Below are positions 1 through 11,879 of a DNA stretch of 64,000 nt, piece after piece. Source of the DNA: Dicyema japonicum (Eukaryota; Animalia; Dicyemida). Made by a program: the position numbers and the translations under genes. The notes under the pieces are model-generated. The model saw only the letters and a program-made list of their open reading frames with translations, was not told the DNA's origin and did not search any database. The stretch covers positions 261,304 through 325,303 of the forward strand of contig RDEW01000047.1 of assembly GCA_011109175.1 (NCBI GenBank), in the 5' to 3' direction. Every line of letters starts with the position of its first letter. The first letter of the stretch is position 1.

Positions 1-872
1 ATAAATCAAAGGCGCAGCAGAAGTTAGTCAAGAATGTCAATTCTTTGCGCCCTTCTATGTGCTTCAATCAAACGTTCCCATCCCATGCGCACTAATACTC
101 TGGCATTACAGTCACCTTGCAATGAAAAAAAGTGTAGAGGAATACAAACAACCAACGGTCCGGGAGACAACCACGTAGAATACATCCAGCTCTTCCGGAT
201 CCTCCAAAACACGATCACTATACGTTGACGCTGGACATTAATCTCCGAGATCTTTTGATCTCCATTGAAGTTGAAAAACTTGATCTATTAATTAGAAATT
301 CATTAACATGATCAATTGGCTAAATAATAATAAATTGGGAAGAAATAATTCAAAGTGAGGATATTGCCTATCCGTATATCCTGGATAACTTAGTGTTCTC
401 ATTCTTTACAAAGTACTTGGAAATCCTGAAAATACAATGTATTCGTTTATATTCAGGTTACCTGAGAACTGAGTACTGAACGGATTCAATAAAGTCCTCG
501 AAACCTCAGAGTTATTAAACTTTATCGAAGAGGAAGGGTTTCTTAATTGGCTTGAGGATAAATTGAGCCAAAAGGGAAAACAATTATTAACACTCCCAGT
601 TATGTTTTGTTAATATACCTGAATAAATTGGATTTTTGTCGATTATTGGTTACTACTTTGTAGAGGACCTGTTAGTTACTTCCACGGACGCCGTCCTGGT
701 AGCAGATGTCAGAAAGATTGACAAACTTTTCAGACGGAGATAACTTAGATAAGCTATGTGAAATGCTCGAACTAAGAAAATATGTATAATGGCGGCCACC
801 GAACGGGTTCAAAATAATAAGACTCTCCAACTCACTAAGACAAGAAAATACAAAAATTTGTATAACAAGAAA

Positions 873-1671
873 TTATATTAATTTAAAAATCAAGTCATTT
901 AGAAAAATTCCTTGATCCCCAAATCTTGTGATAAGCTGCTTACGATTCCTTAGAGCAACTCCAGTTTGCGAACCAAGTTTGAAGGTAGAAAGAAAACATG
1001 TAACCTCCCTGAAATAAGGTCCAACATTATATATATGGTGAACAAGGTCCTCCATACACACAATATCATATTTTCCTTAAATTATCACAAATATCACCCA
1101 AATTATCGCTAATAACAGCATTTTTCGTTATTGGTTGGTTGTCCTCCACCGAACTTCCTCTCTTATAAATAAGGTTCCTCACTGTGCCGAGAGAAGGAGA
1201 TCCCCAGATAATATACGAGTTTACAATTTTCAGTAAAACTTCGACAGATCGGTTTTTCTTAATAAATATTCCTTCTAGGACGTCATTCAGTCGAAAAAGT
1301 TCTAGAATCTTGTTCACTCTGGACGGGCATTGAGTTTTACTAGACTAATGACGAATATTACTTTTTTAGACGAAGAACGAACACGACGGATTCAGTATCT
1401 GTCAGTTCTTCGTTTGCTCCTTTTTTTGCATCTCGGAAGAACTTTCTTTTCCCATTTTCCATGCAGTGATAATTTATATAGAAATTCCTAGCACGTTTTG
1501 TTGTGTCCCTCTTCTTTTCTCTTAATTTCTTCTGTTTTTCTAGACGAATAAGTTTATTTTGTTTTCTAGTCTCCTCTGTGTCTCTTCTCCTCTTTAGAAC
1601 AATTTCTGGAACTGGCCTCGGTCTATTATTCCTAAAAGTAATTTTAAGTCACACAACTCAATATCAGTCAT
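873..1671 (-). CDS. RPL7: uL30-family protein (RPL7 or its nucleolar paralog RPL7L1/Rlp7), 4 exons
   Basis: ATG at 1671. Three GT-AG introns of 23/22/22 nt join RPVPEIVLKRR, VFVLRL, FRL..YIIWGSPSLGTVRNLIYKRG and LGKYDIVCMEDLVHHIYNVGPYF. Strong divergence from canonical RPL7 favours the paralog. Confidence 0.85.
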
Positions 1672-1774
1672 CTAACGTGCTATATATATATTTAAATTTT
1701 TTATTAAAAATAGTAATTATATTTTTTTTATTTTTTATTTAATTAAATCTTTAATTAGAAATTAAAATTAACAG

Positions 1775-2080
1775 TTAAGGGAGACTCTTGGGACACGTCC
1801 TGAGGTTGGACCCGATATCCAACCCGAATATCGCAATGGAAGACTACTACTTTTCCTCCAATGTAAAACGCTTTTGTGGAAGATCGAGAACAACTTTCCC
1901 GATCGTTTTTTAAAGCGATCTGAAAGCCGTGACGAAAAAAATGACATCTGGTGATGATCTGAAACTGAGGGATCTGGTTAAGAGCAGAAGATCATGGAGC
2001 AAGCTAACTCTTTCTTTTATATTTTTTTCCTGCACATACGGGGCTATAAATATTAAAGCTCTCGATAACTACCCTAAGAA
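1775..2080 (+). mobile_element. RTE-clade LINE 3' fragment
   Basis: Decayed RLLGHVLR..PNIAMEDY..GRSRTTF region. 3' end resembles other RTE ends in the window. Confidence 0.6.
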
Positions 2081-2929
2081 CAAAAAATTGTCCGTATAAC
2101 TAATTTCTCTACTCACCGTTCCCTCCATTACTCGACAACGCAAGAATCCGAAACAATGGTTCTGGCTTCATCACTCTTTGTGGCTATAAATCCGATCGCT
2201 TCAGCGATAAAAGTCGCCAGTAAACTTAAATTGGGGGAAAACCAACACATCCCTAAATTCTCATAAAAAAGGAACGCCGTGGTTTTAGAAAAGGTGTGGA
2301 TACTATGGAGGAGCAAAGCAAAAAAGTGCTCGAAATAATAATAAACTTAAATAGCATTTAACATTGCCAGTTGTGTTTCAAAAGGAACAAAAAACATAAA
2401 AACAACTCGAATCTGCCGACGACATGGACTCATTGAGAGTCTTAGCAAATAACAGAGGAGCGTGAAATATTAAAATTTATTTTCCTCATATATATGTGGA
2501 TCTATGAATATTATGGTGTTCATGAAAGTGTTGATGATAATAGAATCTAAAATACGAAGATTCTTGGGTGGCTTTGCAATATTTATATTCTATCCTTGTC
2601 TTCCCTCGGACATTCTGGATCCAACCTCGATTTTGGTATCCTTAACGATCCTTCTCAATTATCTGACAGTCGTTGCGACTACATCCTGTCTTCCCTTGAC
2701 GTTTTGATCAATATTAACTACCCAGAAACCTATCTGAATTAAAGACAGTCTCACATCTCAGAATTTATCCTTATGCAGTTCATCATTTGCAGATTATCTT
2801 TCATGAATGTCAGATATGGTTTCTCAAGGCATCAAATTCATATTGTGTTGAGACCAAGGGTCATGTGGTCCACAACAAACGACATATACTATTTTCTTCA
2901 CTCCCTACGACGTGGAAACGACTATTAAA

Positions 2930-3905
2930 TTTCTATGACCCATCCGAGCCTGTGCTCCGACGGTGTCTGTGCTATTCATGGCCAAAATGGAAGAGTCCGG
3001 ATTGGAAAAATTACCTCAAAATCAAGCCTACTCGCTATTAGGGTCCCACAAGGCTCTCATCTGTCTCCTATCTTATTTAACTTATTTCTACACGATTTAC
3101 CTACTATCAATGATCAGGACACTGTCTTTATCTTACGCGGACGACCTGATTATCTCTGCAAGTGATAAATTTCTCTCCAGGACTGTGGCAGTGGTTCAGC
3201 CACACCTCAACCAGGTTTGTGACTGGCTATCCATGAATTTGCTGTCTGTGTCTAGATCCAAGTCTCAGTTCACCCTATTTACTATGGACAGAAGATTTAA
3301 AGGTGGACTTGAGATATTCCTCGGAAACATTCCCATCCCTTACACGCGAATCAAGAAGATCCTTGGAGTGACTTTCGACTCTCTTATGACGTTCTCCAGT
3401 CACATGGAGGAAGTGTTAAGCAAGGGTCTTCGAAAATGGAACGTCTTAAAAGCTATCATAAAGAAGATTCCCTTCCCTCCTACTATTTGTATCAGCAAAG
3501 TATATCTGCAAGTCATTGTGCCGACAGTTGAATATGCCTGTTCTTCCTAGAGATTCGCTATTCCTTCTACGATGGTCGAGCGTATGAACTCTCTCAGACG
3601 GAAGATCATGAGGCATATGCATTCAGACTTCACATCCATCCCCAGTCTCCTTTCGGAAAAGGCGACGGTGAGAAATGGCCAGGGCTTCCTACGTATGTGT
3701 AAGGAGCTAGGAAATCCATTCAGAGAAAGGGTGGTTCATGCAGAGGAATTCAGATAAGCATTAAAAAGTGCATTCCGATAGAATTCCTTTGCAAAAATAA
3801 AAGAAGATACTTCAGGAAAGCAGGAACGCTGTTGGTTCACTGGCAGAGCTTCGAAGAGAATACGAAAGATGAAAAAAATGTCTCTGTGTGAAATGAATAG
3901 TTGAA
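2930..3905 (+). mobile_element. Ingi/Vingi-like LINE RT fragment (frameshifted)
   Basis: VPQGSHLSPILFNLF, YADD, KILGVTFD, VPTVEYA. Similar to the element at 49325-52240. Confidence 0.85.
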
Positions 3906-3989
3906 TCCTTTAGAACGCTGGCCAGCCATTTAGTAAGGTGGATCCAATGACGCCCTCAGAAATAAGGAAATTTTCAACTAATTATCCAC

Positions 3990-4560
3990 ATAATAAAATG
4001 TCACGGTAACAATAAACTGACTAATCATGTGATGCCAGTACACTCTAGCAGAGACCTTTACTTGGCCGATACTACTCCCTCAACTCCACATAAGCACGTA
4101 TCGGCTGAATAATTGGATCTTCGTAGTCACAACGGTACGTTCTTTGGATCTTACGGAGGGCGATGAAAAGAAGCGGGATTACCTAATTAGTCTGAATACT
4201 ATTACTTATTTATAGGTATTTCCTATGGTCCATGTTTTATATTTTACATTTCAAAAATGTAAAAGAATCAGTTTTTCTTCTGTTTTTGTTGCCTGAACTA
4301 TCAAATATAAGTTCACCTAAAATCACGGAGTCAAGATCATGACAAAGCATGTGCAACATGAAAACTTAACAATCTAATTAACGTCCCCCATCTTTTTCGA
4401 TCCGTTGCCATTTTCCGTAGTGTATCCTGAGATCTTCATCTAGAATAACCGGCAGTGTTGTCCTCGGCCGGCCGCGGAAACGAGAAGCTTCTAAGACAAA
4501 ATACTCCTCCATTGCTATGTTGGAGGGGTCCCCATATCGTGGCGGAGTATGTGTCCAAAG
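3990..4560 (-). mobile_element. Adjacent LINE 3' fragments (Vingi-like, then RTE-like)
   Basis: 3990-4190 resembles the LINE end at 33195-33370. 4330-4560 reads FGHILR..RFRGRPRTTLPVIL on the minus strand. Confidence 0.6.
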
Positions 4561-4846
4561 TAGTTAATAAAGTTTTTATTATTGAAATCCCTCCAATAAG
4601 AATTATATAGTTAATTAATTCTTGTTATAACATTAGTTTTAATTATTAAATATTTAATAATTACATAGTTTGTAGTTGTGATGAACCCTTCAATGCGTAG
4701 ATTAATAAGAGACTTAACATCCAAAGTAGTTAATAAAGTTTTTATTATTGAAATCCCTCCAATAAGAATTATATAGTTAATTAATTCTTGTTATAACATT
4801 AGTTTTAATTATTAAATATTTAATAATTACATAGTTTGTAGTTGTG

Positions 4847-5405
4847 ATGAACCCTTCAATGCGTAGATTAATAAGAGACTTAACAAAGTAATAACTGACT
4901 TTATATTACTAGAATGGAGAATGAGGATAAATATGGGCTTAGTGCGACACCTACAGACGAAGACTTTTACGTTTGGGATGCTGTGATAGTGGGGTATTAT
5001 AATATCTTAATAAAAGACCTGAGGACACCCCATATGCGAATGGAATATTCAAATTGAAGATGAACTTTACGCCGGAATACCCAAATAAGCCTCCAATTGT
5101 TAAGTTTGTTACTAAAATGTTTCACCCTAATAGTATTTATATTTAAAATTGTAGTTTATGCTAGTGGACATATTTGTTTAGACATACTAAATGAGAAATG
5201 GAGTCCTTCATATGACGTTGGTTCTATTTTAGCATCTATTCAATCACTCTTGGATGACCCATTTATTCAAAGTGCTGCTAACTTCCAGGCTGCTACTCTT
5301 TATACTAAAAATAAGAGAGAATATGATAGGAAAGTTATGGATCTTATTGAAGCTAATGCTATGAGTGTTTCTGAGTTGGATAATAATGACCAACAAACTG
5401 ACTAG
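4847..5405 (+). CDS. UBE2A: Ubiquitin-conjugating enzyme E2, RAD6/UBE2A-like, 4 exons
   Basis: [19 protein letters not shown]|[24 protein letters not shown]|[19 protein letters not shown]. Introns of 25/23/22 nt. Catalytic Cys is present. Confidence 0.92.
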
Positions 5406-5509
5406 TCTTTTTAATAATATTATTACAAGCAACCAATTTACTTCTTAATCATTTCACCCTTCATATGGCTAGCTAGGCTGGGAAATCATCACATATTTGT
5501 GTTATATCA

Positions 5510-7320
5510 TCGCGGGTACGAGGGAGGAGCACCGGGAAAGAATGAGGATTTTGGCGGAGCGCATCGGGATCACGTGATAGTTAGTTTTGGATTTACCGTG
5601 GTCTTAGATGTTAAATAATAAATATACGTACCTTTTCCAATATGTAACCTCGCTCGAATTCGATTTTCCACAATAAAGAAGATAATGTGATGGCCGTAGT
5701 ATTAGTAGCTGTGTTTTCTTTGATTTAACATAATCCTACTTTTCTCAGACAATATCTCAATTCTTATAAAGTCTCGGAGGAATTGGAGAAGCATCCACTC
5801 ATTTTTATGGGTAATGATACAAGTCCATTTCTTGTCAGGTAAAGTCTTTGAGGCTTCAGTTAAATTCTATAGTGTACTAGGATCCCGCGAACGTTTTTGG
5901 TAGTTATGTCTATTACTTTGAACGAGTTACCAGAGTTCAATCAACGTTTTGTTTTTTCTATCCTCTAACATTCCAAGGTATCGATATCTACTCCATCAAG
6001 TAAACTATCTTCATATTCCTGCACAGACTTTTAATATGTCCGCTAAGGATACAGCTATGTCATTGTGGTCCTCAATTGTTGGCATGTCGTGTATTCAAGA
6101 GGGGATCTTTGTGGATCCTTACTGGAAAGTGTGATCTTGAATTTGTTTCAGAATGGAACGGTAGGAAGACGGATCATCCTTCGATCATTGAGTTCTTCCA
6201 ACTACTATGAAGTGTGTGGGTATTGATAGAAACGTTATATAAATTTATTAACACGACGAGACCTTAGGAGCTTAAGTTGTATAACAAAGACACCGTCAGG
6301 ACTACAGGCCGAGGTTGCACACAATGATTTAGTGGACTTACATCATGCCGATTAAAAAAATAGTTTCATTGGTTATTCACGAGTTTGCACATATTGTGAA
6401 GGACTAATAGTAATTATTCCGTTCTCCTTGTTCTTCAGGTCTTTACCCTCTTCAACATATGTCAGAAATTATAAAGGTGTCCAAACAGGCGACTTCATTC
6501 TTCGAATAATTTTTGAATTTTTCAAAAAAGCCGGTGAACGCAGATACGTCTTCATAGACATTCTAGTTTTTATGACTTGAGAAATCATATCGGATACTAC
6601 ATGAGATATAGTCTGCTAAAAATGAAATATCAAAAAAGCTGTTCCGCATTCCAGATGCAACATGGAAAGAATGAAAATATTACAAAGCGACCCCATTGAG
6701 TAAAGTAGAGAATATCAATGGTTATTTTTTGTGTGCATGACCACCACAGGTTAGGAAACCCTGAGATCTTTCGTATTTTATATTATTATTTTAAAACCCC
6801 AAGACCACCAAGAAAGAAAGTATTAACTCACTAATTAAGTAATCTCAGCCTCCAACATCTCTCGAATGCTCCCCCAGTGATTCAACTACATTCCGGAAGT
6901 GTCTTCTTTTATATTTACAGAGGAATTCTATCCAAGTGAACTTTTTTATTGCCTATCTAAATTCCTCTGCATGGGCCACCTCTTTCCATGATGGGTTTCA
7001 TAGCTCATTGCAGATACGTAGGAAACCCTGTCCATTTCTCAACGTCTCCACCTCTGAAAGAATACTAGGGATGGATATGGTATCTAATTGCATATGCCGC
7101 ATGATCTTCCCCCTGAGAGTTCATACGCTATACCCTCGAAGAGGGAAGAACTATCGATAGATACCAGAGCCATCCGTAACTGCGTCTTCATGTTAAAGCT
7201 GTCTGTGATGAACTGGGAGACAAAATTTAAATGCGTCGTTGTAGAACGGCCTGCTCTGAAGCCATGTTGAACATCGAAAAATTATAGAACAGGGGAGATT
7301 AACATTAATAAAAGCTTCTC
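5510..7320. mobile_element. Mixed decayed Vingi-like LINE fragments
   Basis: LINE 3' motif at 5565-5615 (+) and 6790-6850 (-), plus RT N-terminal remnants. 6790-7010 is similar to 58255-58475. Confidence 0.55.
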
Positions 7321-7889
7321 CAAGACTTTTGACAAGACGCAAGTTATGGAGATAGGTAAGAGGATAGAATATCTTGATTTTCTATGCTTGAGAATTGGTT
7401 TAATCAGGGAATTTTTTATATATTTGGTATTGCATGCGAATTGATTGTATAACCTCTATGTATAGCACTAACACCGTCAGGGCCACAGGCTCGAGTAAGG
7501 CGTAGAAAAATGATATTCTTGTCTTAATCATAGGGAGTGAAGAAGGCAGTATATGGAGGGGCGTGCTTTCTGCTGTTCGGGGAGAGTGTATGATAATGAT
7601 GTCTCTTAAACTTAAAAATCGTGACAAAATAAATTATTTATTTAATAACCCCAAAAAAAAACACCAAGTAAGAAGGAGTAAACCAACTAATTAAGTGATC
7701 CCGGTACGCCTCAACAGGATCGAGAAGTTTTTCCTATGTTCCTGAATAGACGACGGCTTTCCTGAATACCCACGGCTTTCCTGAATAGACGACGATCAGC
7801 TTTCACAAAATAAATTATATTGTCATACATGAGAATAAATAAAAGATCAAATAATATTGAAGTGTATTATTATTTTATTTACTAAACAA

Positions 7890-8090
7890 TAAATAAAAAG
7901 TCACTTACTTCCATGTCCAATCGCTCCTTTGCTGTCAACAAAAGTCTGTACCACAGCTAATATCACTTCGCTTGTCAGGAATTTCTTTTCAATGCTGATG
8001 AAAGATGAACGTGACTGATTTGACATTCAAGACCTTTAATATGTGTTTATCTGTTTTAACTTTGAAAAATAACCTTCACGACAATAATTT
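7890..8090 (-). mobile_element. hAT transposase C-terminal (dimerisation) remnant
   Basis: Minus strand reads RLFFKVKTDK..SFISIEKKF, like the hAT ERxFSxLK..LxIE region. Frameshifted. Confidence 0.35.
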
Positions 8091-9730
8091 GAGTAGCCAA
8101 CTAATAAATGATATGCAATTCACAAAGTTAGAAAAACATCCAAGCCTGCTCAACTAATGAAGTATGAAAATCCTTCGCAGTTATGTTTCTACTCGGAAAA
8201 GACAGTCAACGATTTCTTACTAGAGAGAAGATTAATTCACGTCAGTCACAAAAAGGTTAGCAAAATTCTGACCAGTGTCGTTTCAAGGTTTTCAAATGTT
8301 GTTTGTTTCAATTGAATTCAGCTTTACCAAGAATGAAAACTTGTCAACGAGCCTACAAATTTGTCATGACGTTCAGAAAGTTCGGCCTTCAGTCTGTTTG
8401 CGAATTTATTCATTATTCTTGTTAATTCATCAACTTAGGTCTTCGTCTTTTGTTCTCTCTCCAGGCATAATTTTCTTTCGCCTGACTCTTGCAAGGGGTA
8501 CAATCCACTTCTAAAAGTATTCTTATGCCGACCCGACTGCACTCAATGATGTATTCAGATTTAAGGTCAATGATTCTACTGAAGCCATCAAGGTCATCGC
8601 TTGCCCCAATTAAATCAATCTTGGGATTTTGTAAACGTTTGTCTGTACCAATGACAGAATAGGGAACCGAAAATTAAAAAAAGATAACGTAAATAGCTTA
8701 AAGGGGGAAAACAACATCAACAATAAGTCGCCATTTCTTTTTTTCACTCAAAATATGCTCCTGGTGTTTTTAATCAATCGTGCATGATTTTTCAAATTTT
8801 CCTGCAAAATCCAAATATTCACGCATTTCTGTGATCAGATTTCTTTCATCTTTATAAATACACACAAGAAATCAGAACAGAAGATTGCAGCAAGGAGAAA
8901 TAACCGCAGGTTATGCTGTACAAGCGTGATATCGTCGTCATAAAAGGAGAAACTCACTGACTGAGCTTCATTATGAATAGCGATAAGGGAATTCACGGCG
9001 AAGTTACAATCTGTATTAGAGAACACCAGGGTCCAAATAAAGGTAGACAGTGTCGGTGCTAGTCAAGCAAAATAAACCGGACATTGTGGTACACGATAAG
9101 GAGTCTGGCCAAGTTCTCATCATAGAAGTTTAGATTACGTCTCAAGTCCGTTTGCAGACTGTGGAGGTGGAGAAAAAAATAAGTATGACTTGCTTACAAA
9201 CGAAATGAGGAAGATGCTTAGTTGTAGGGTCCTCGTTATTCCAACAGTAATGACGTGAGGTAGATAGGAAAAAAAAATAACAAAGTACCACAAGAGTTAT
9301 CTAAAACAGTTGGGGGTAGATAGGAAATTCAGGCCTATCCACTACATTAAAACGGACTTTAGAGAGCCTGTCACTGAAGTATAGCAGGCAGAGCCCGGAG
9401 ATGCCATATGGGCAGAGGGTTCAATTGGACAAGGCGCTCTCAGAGTTGTTTTATCAACCAGAATCGAACCTGCTTAAGGAGGCTGGCGAACAGGCAGGCG
9501 AGGAAGGTTGTGATTATTAAATATTAACTTTTTAATAATAATAATAATAAAGCCTTTTCACGAGAGCCATAGTATTTTATAGCTCCGCATAGGCAGGACA
9601 CACACTTTATTTAAGTAAAGAACAGTTAATTTTAACTAACTTTTTATTGTTGGTTAAATAAAGTTTAATTTTCAAAAGTAAATATTAAAATTATTAATTT
9701 ATAATTAAAGTAACTAAGAAACAACAATTA

Positions 9731-11197
9731 ATGAAGACTTTGGAACATGACAATTGTAATAATTTTAATAAGTTTATAGCATTTTCATTTCCATCGAGTC
9801 GTTACATTGACAAAATTTCAGTATCTAGAACAATGGTAAACCACATTAGACGAGTAGAAAGAGCTAAATGTAAATATATTAGTTATTTTAGCAACAATTG
9901 ACAATAAAATCCCCCAAAGTTTTTTCTTAAGTAAAATATAATTAATTTTAGCCCAAATGAGAAGGAACACGACTCCTTTTCTACTAAGAAACAGCATCAA
10001 CCCANCCATCGAGTCGTTACATTGACAAAATTTCAGTATCTAGAACAATGGTAAACCACATTAGACGAGTAGAAAGAGCTAAATGTAAATATATTAGTTA
10101 TTTTAGCAACAATTGACAATAAAATCCCCCAAAGTTTTTTCTTAAGTAAAATATAATTAATTTTAGCTCAAATGAGAAGGAACACGACTCCTTTTCTACT
10201 AAGAAACAGCATCAACCCACAACATGTATTATTTTTTAATAAAATAGAATATTTTAGATGATTATGTCTCTGAAATATCTTCAGGTTTGTTTTAATTTTT
10301 TATTTAAGATTTTCATTATCAGAATTCAAGAATAAACAATATTATAGGGAAAAGAGGGTTAAGTAGTGGTTAAATTGATTTTAAATTAACGCAGCTCTTT
10401 CTGTGATGTCACTTAGAACGATAGAAAAACCCGCTGATATCATTGAGAGATATCCAGGATCTTTTATAGAGGGTAGGCCATTTCATCCGCGAATCAAAAA
10501 GACTAACGCAGTATCCAAACTAATTTCCCACAAGTTGTTTGATAATTTATTTGAGATCATATTGCTCAGGGAAATCTTCTAAAGCAAAGAACTCTTACAA
10601 GTTACCACCAAAAGTTGAATGTGAAAGAATACCAAGTCCTACTTCATCTGAGTCTACAGTCTACAAAGAGTCAATTAAAACTAAAAGTGATTACAAGTTT
10701 GTAGGAAAGTGATTAAAGTGGTGAGGAATTCATCTGAGTCTACAGTCTACAAAGAGTCTATTAAAACTAAAAGTGATTACAAGTTTGTAGGAAAGTGATT
10801 AAAGTGGTGAGGAATATACACAATTTCTTGTATTGGTGTCTGACGAAATACTTAAAAAAGGAATATTCACTAACAAGTCATTTATTGGGATAGTTGTAGG
10901 GCAATCACAGAAATATGTGATAAACATGTCCAACACAACAAACATCGACTTTCAGAGGCAATTCTTAATTGGTAAGAAAGTAGGACAAAATGAATATACA
11001 TCTTTCAAAACTTAGGAAAAAATTAGGAATTCTGGATCAGACTGGATTATGTACAGAACCTGAATCTTCCACTGATTCGACAAAGTTATTAAAATTATTT
11101 TTTTAGTGAATTAACGAATGGTTCAAGTCAAGGAGATAAGAGAGAACCTAATATTAAGGAAAGAAGTAGAAGAAGGACATTTGAAATTGATTTATAG
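9731..11197 (+). CDS. SPATA7: SPATA7-like ciliary protein, about 12 exons (contains two artefactual duplications)
   Basis: Spliced product has MVNHIRRVERAKSTIDNKIP, DIIERYPGSF..PFHPRIKKTNAVSKL and FLVLVSDEILKKGIFTNKAI..HVQHNKHRLSEDKM..LRKKLG, matching recalled SPATA7 blocks. 11 introns of 21-26 nt. Confidence 0.75.
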
Positions 11198-11879
11198 CAT
11201 TAATTTTTAAATTCCTAGGGATATAAAAATATTAATTTACAAATTTATCTACTCTTGTAATCCTGCATAAAATATGATCCCCCTATACAACTATTGTAAT
11301 GGAAAAACTAATTCTTACAAGAAATTCAGTGAATTTAATGGCCATCTCACATAAAATTAATATTTGTCTCCCCCTTTGCCTGCAATTTATTATATTTAAT
11401 AATTAGTATAGTTAGTATTGAATGAAATTAAAAATTACAAAGTCCACAGAAACTAGTCTCGTGATCCCAACACCAGTCTCATGACCTGTCTCCTTTGAGC
11501 CCACAAAAATCGTATATCTATAATTGTGTTTGTAGCACACCCTTCGGATATTACGGATTAGTAACTCCATGGGCATTGGAAAGGAGACTTTTCCAGCTCC
11601 CTAACTTTGAATGCCCTTTCTGGCTAGCTTAGATCTTCAAGGCATTTGTCCAGGAAATATAGACCCCATGATAAGTAAGAAATGCATGGCCCAGTGTACT
11701 CCTTGTAGGTAGTAGGATGATTTCAGATCTTTCATTATTCCGAGAGTCATTTCAGTTCATTAGTACTTTTTTCTTATTTTGTTACCATATTCTCAACATG
11801 AGACGAGAAACACATATTATTAAAGCAACATAGGAAAAAACCATAATGGTTATAGTTTCACCCGTGCGGTGTTAGAAAC

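Noticed and set aside
24-850. Possible gene or third 2A-like motif (CRGIQTTNGPG)
   Set aside because: Looks like heavily decayed LINE endonuclease sequence. The motif is too degenerate to support.
4554-4885. Tandem duplications without an n (166 bp at the UBE2A 5' end; also about 10643-10814, 19195-19460, 37640-37810, 59800-60135)
   Set aside because: Same pattern and size range as the n-joined cases, and the SPATA7 one causes a frameshift. Most likely assembly artefacts, though read data are needed to be sure.
9791-10220. Tandem duplications joined by a single n (n at 10005, 13817, 14250, 15648, 49181, 59321, 60757, 61325)
   Set aside because: Near-identical copies abutting an n are typical of unmerged overlapping contig ends or alleles, and they disrupt otherwise intact genes.
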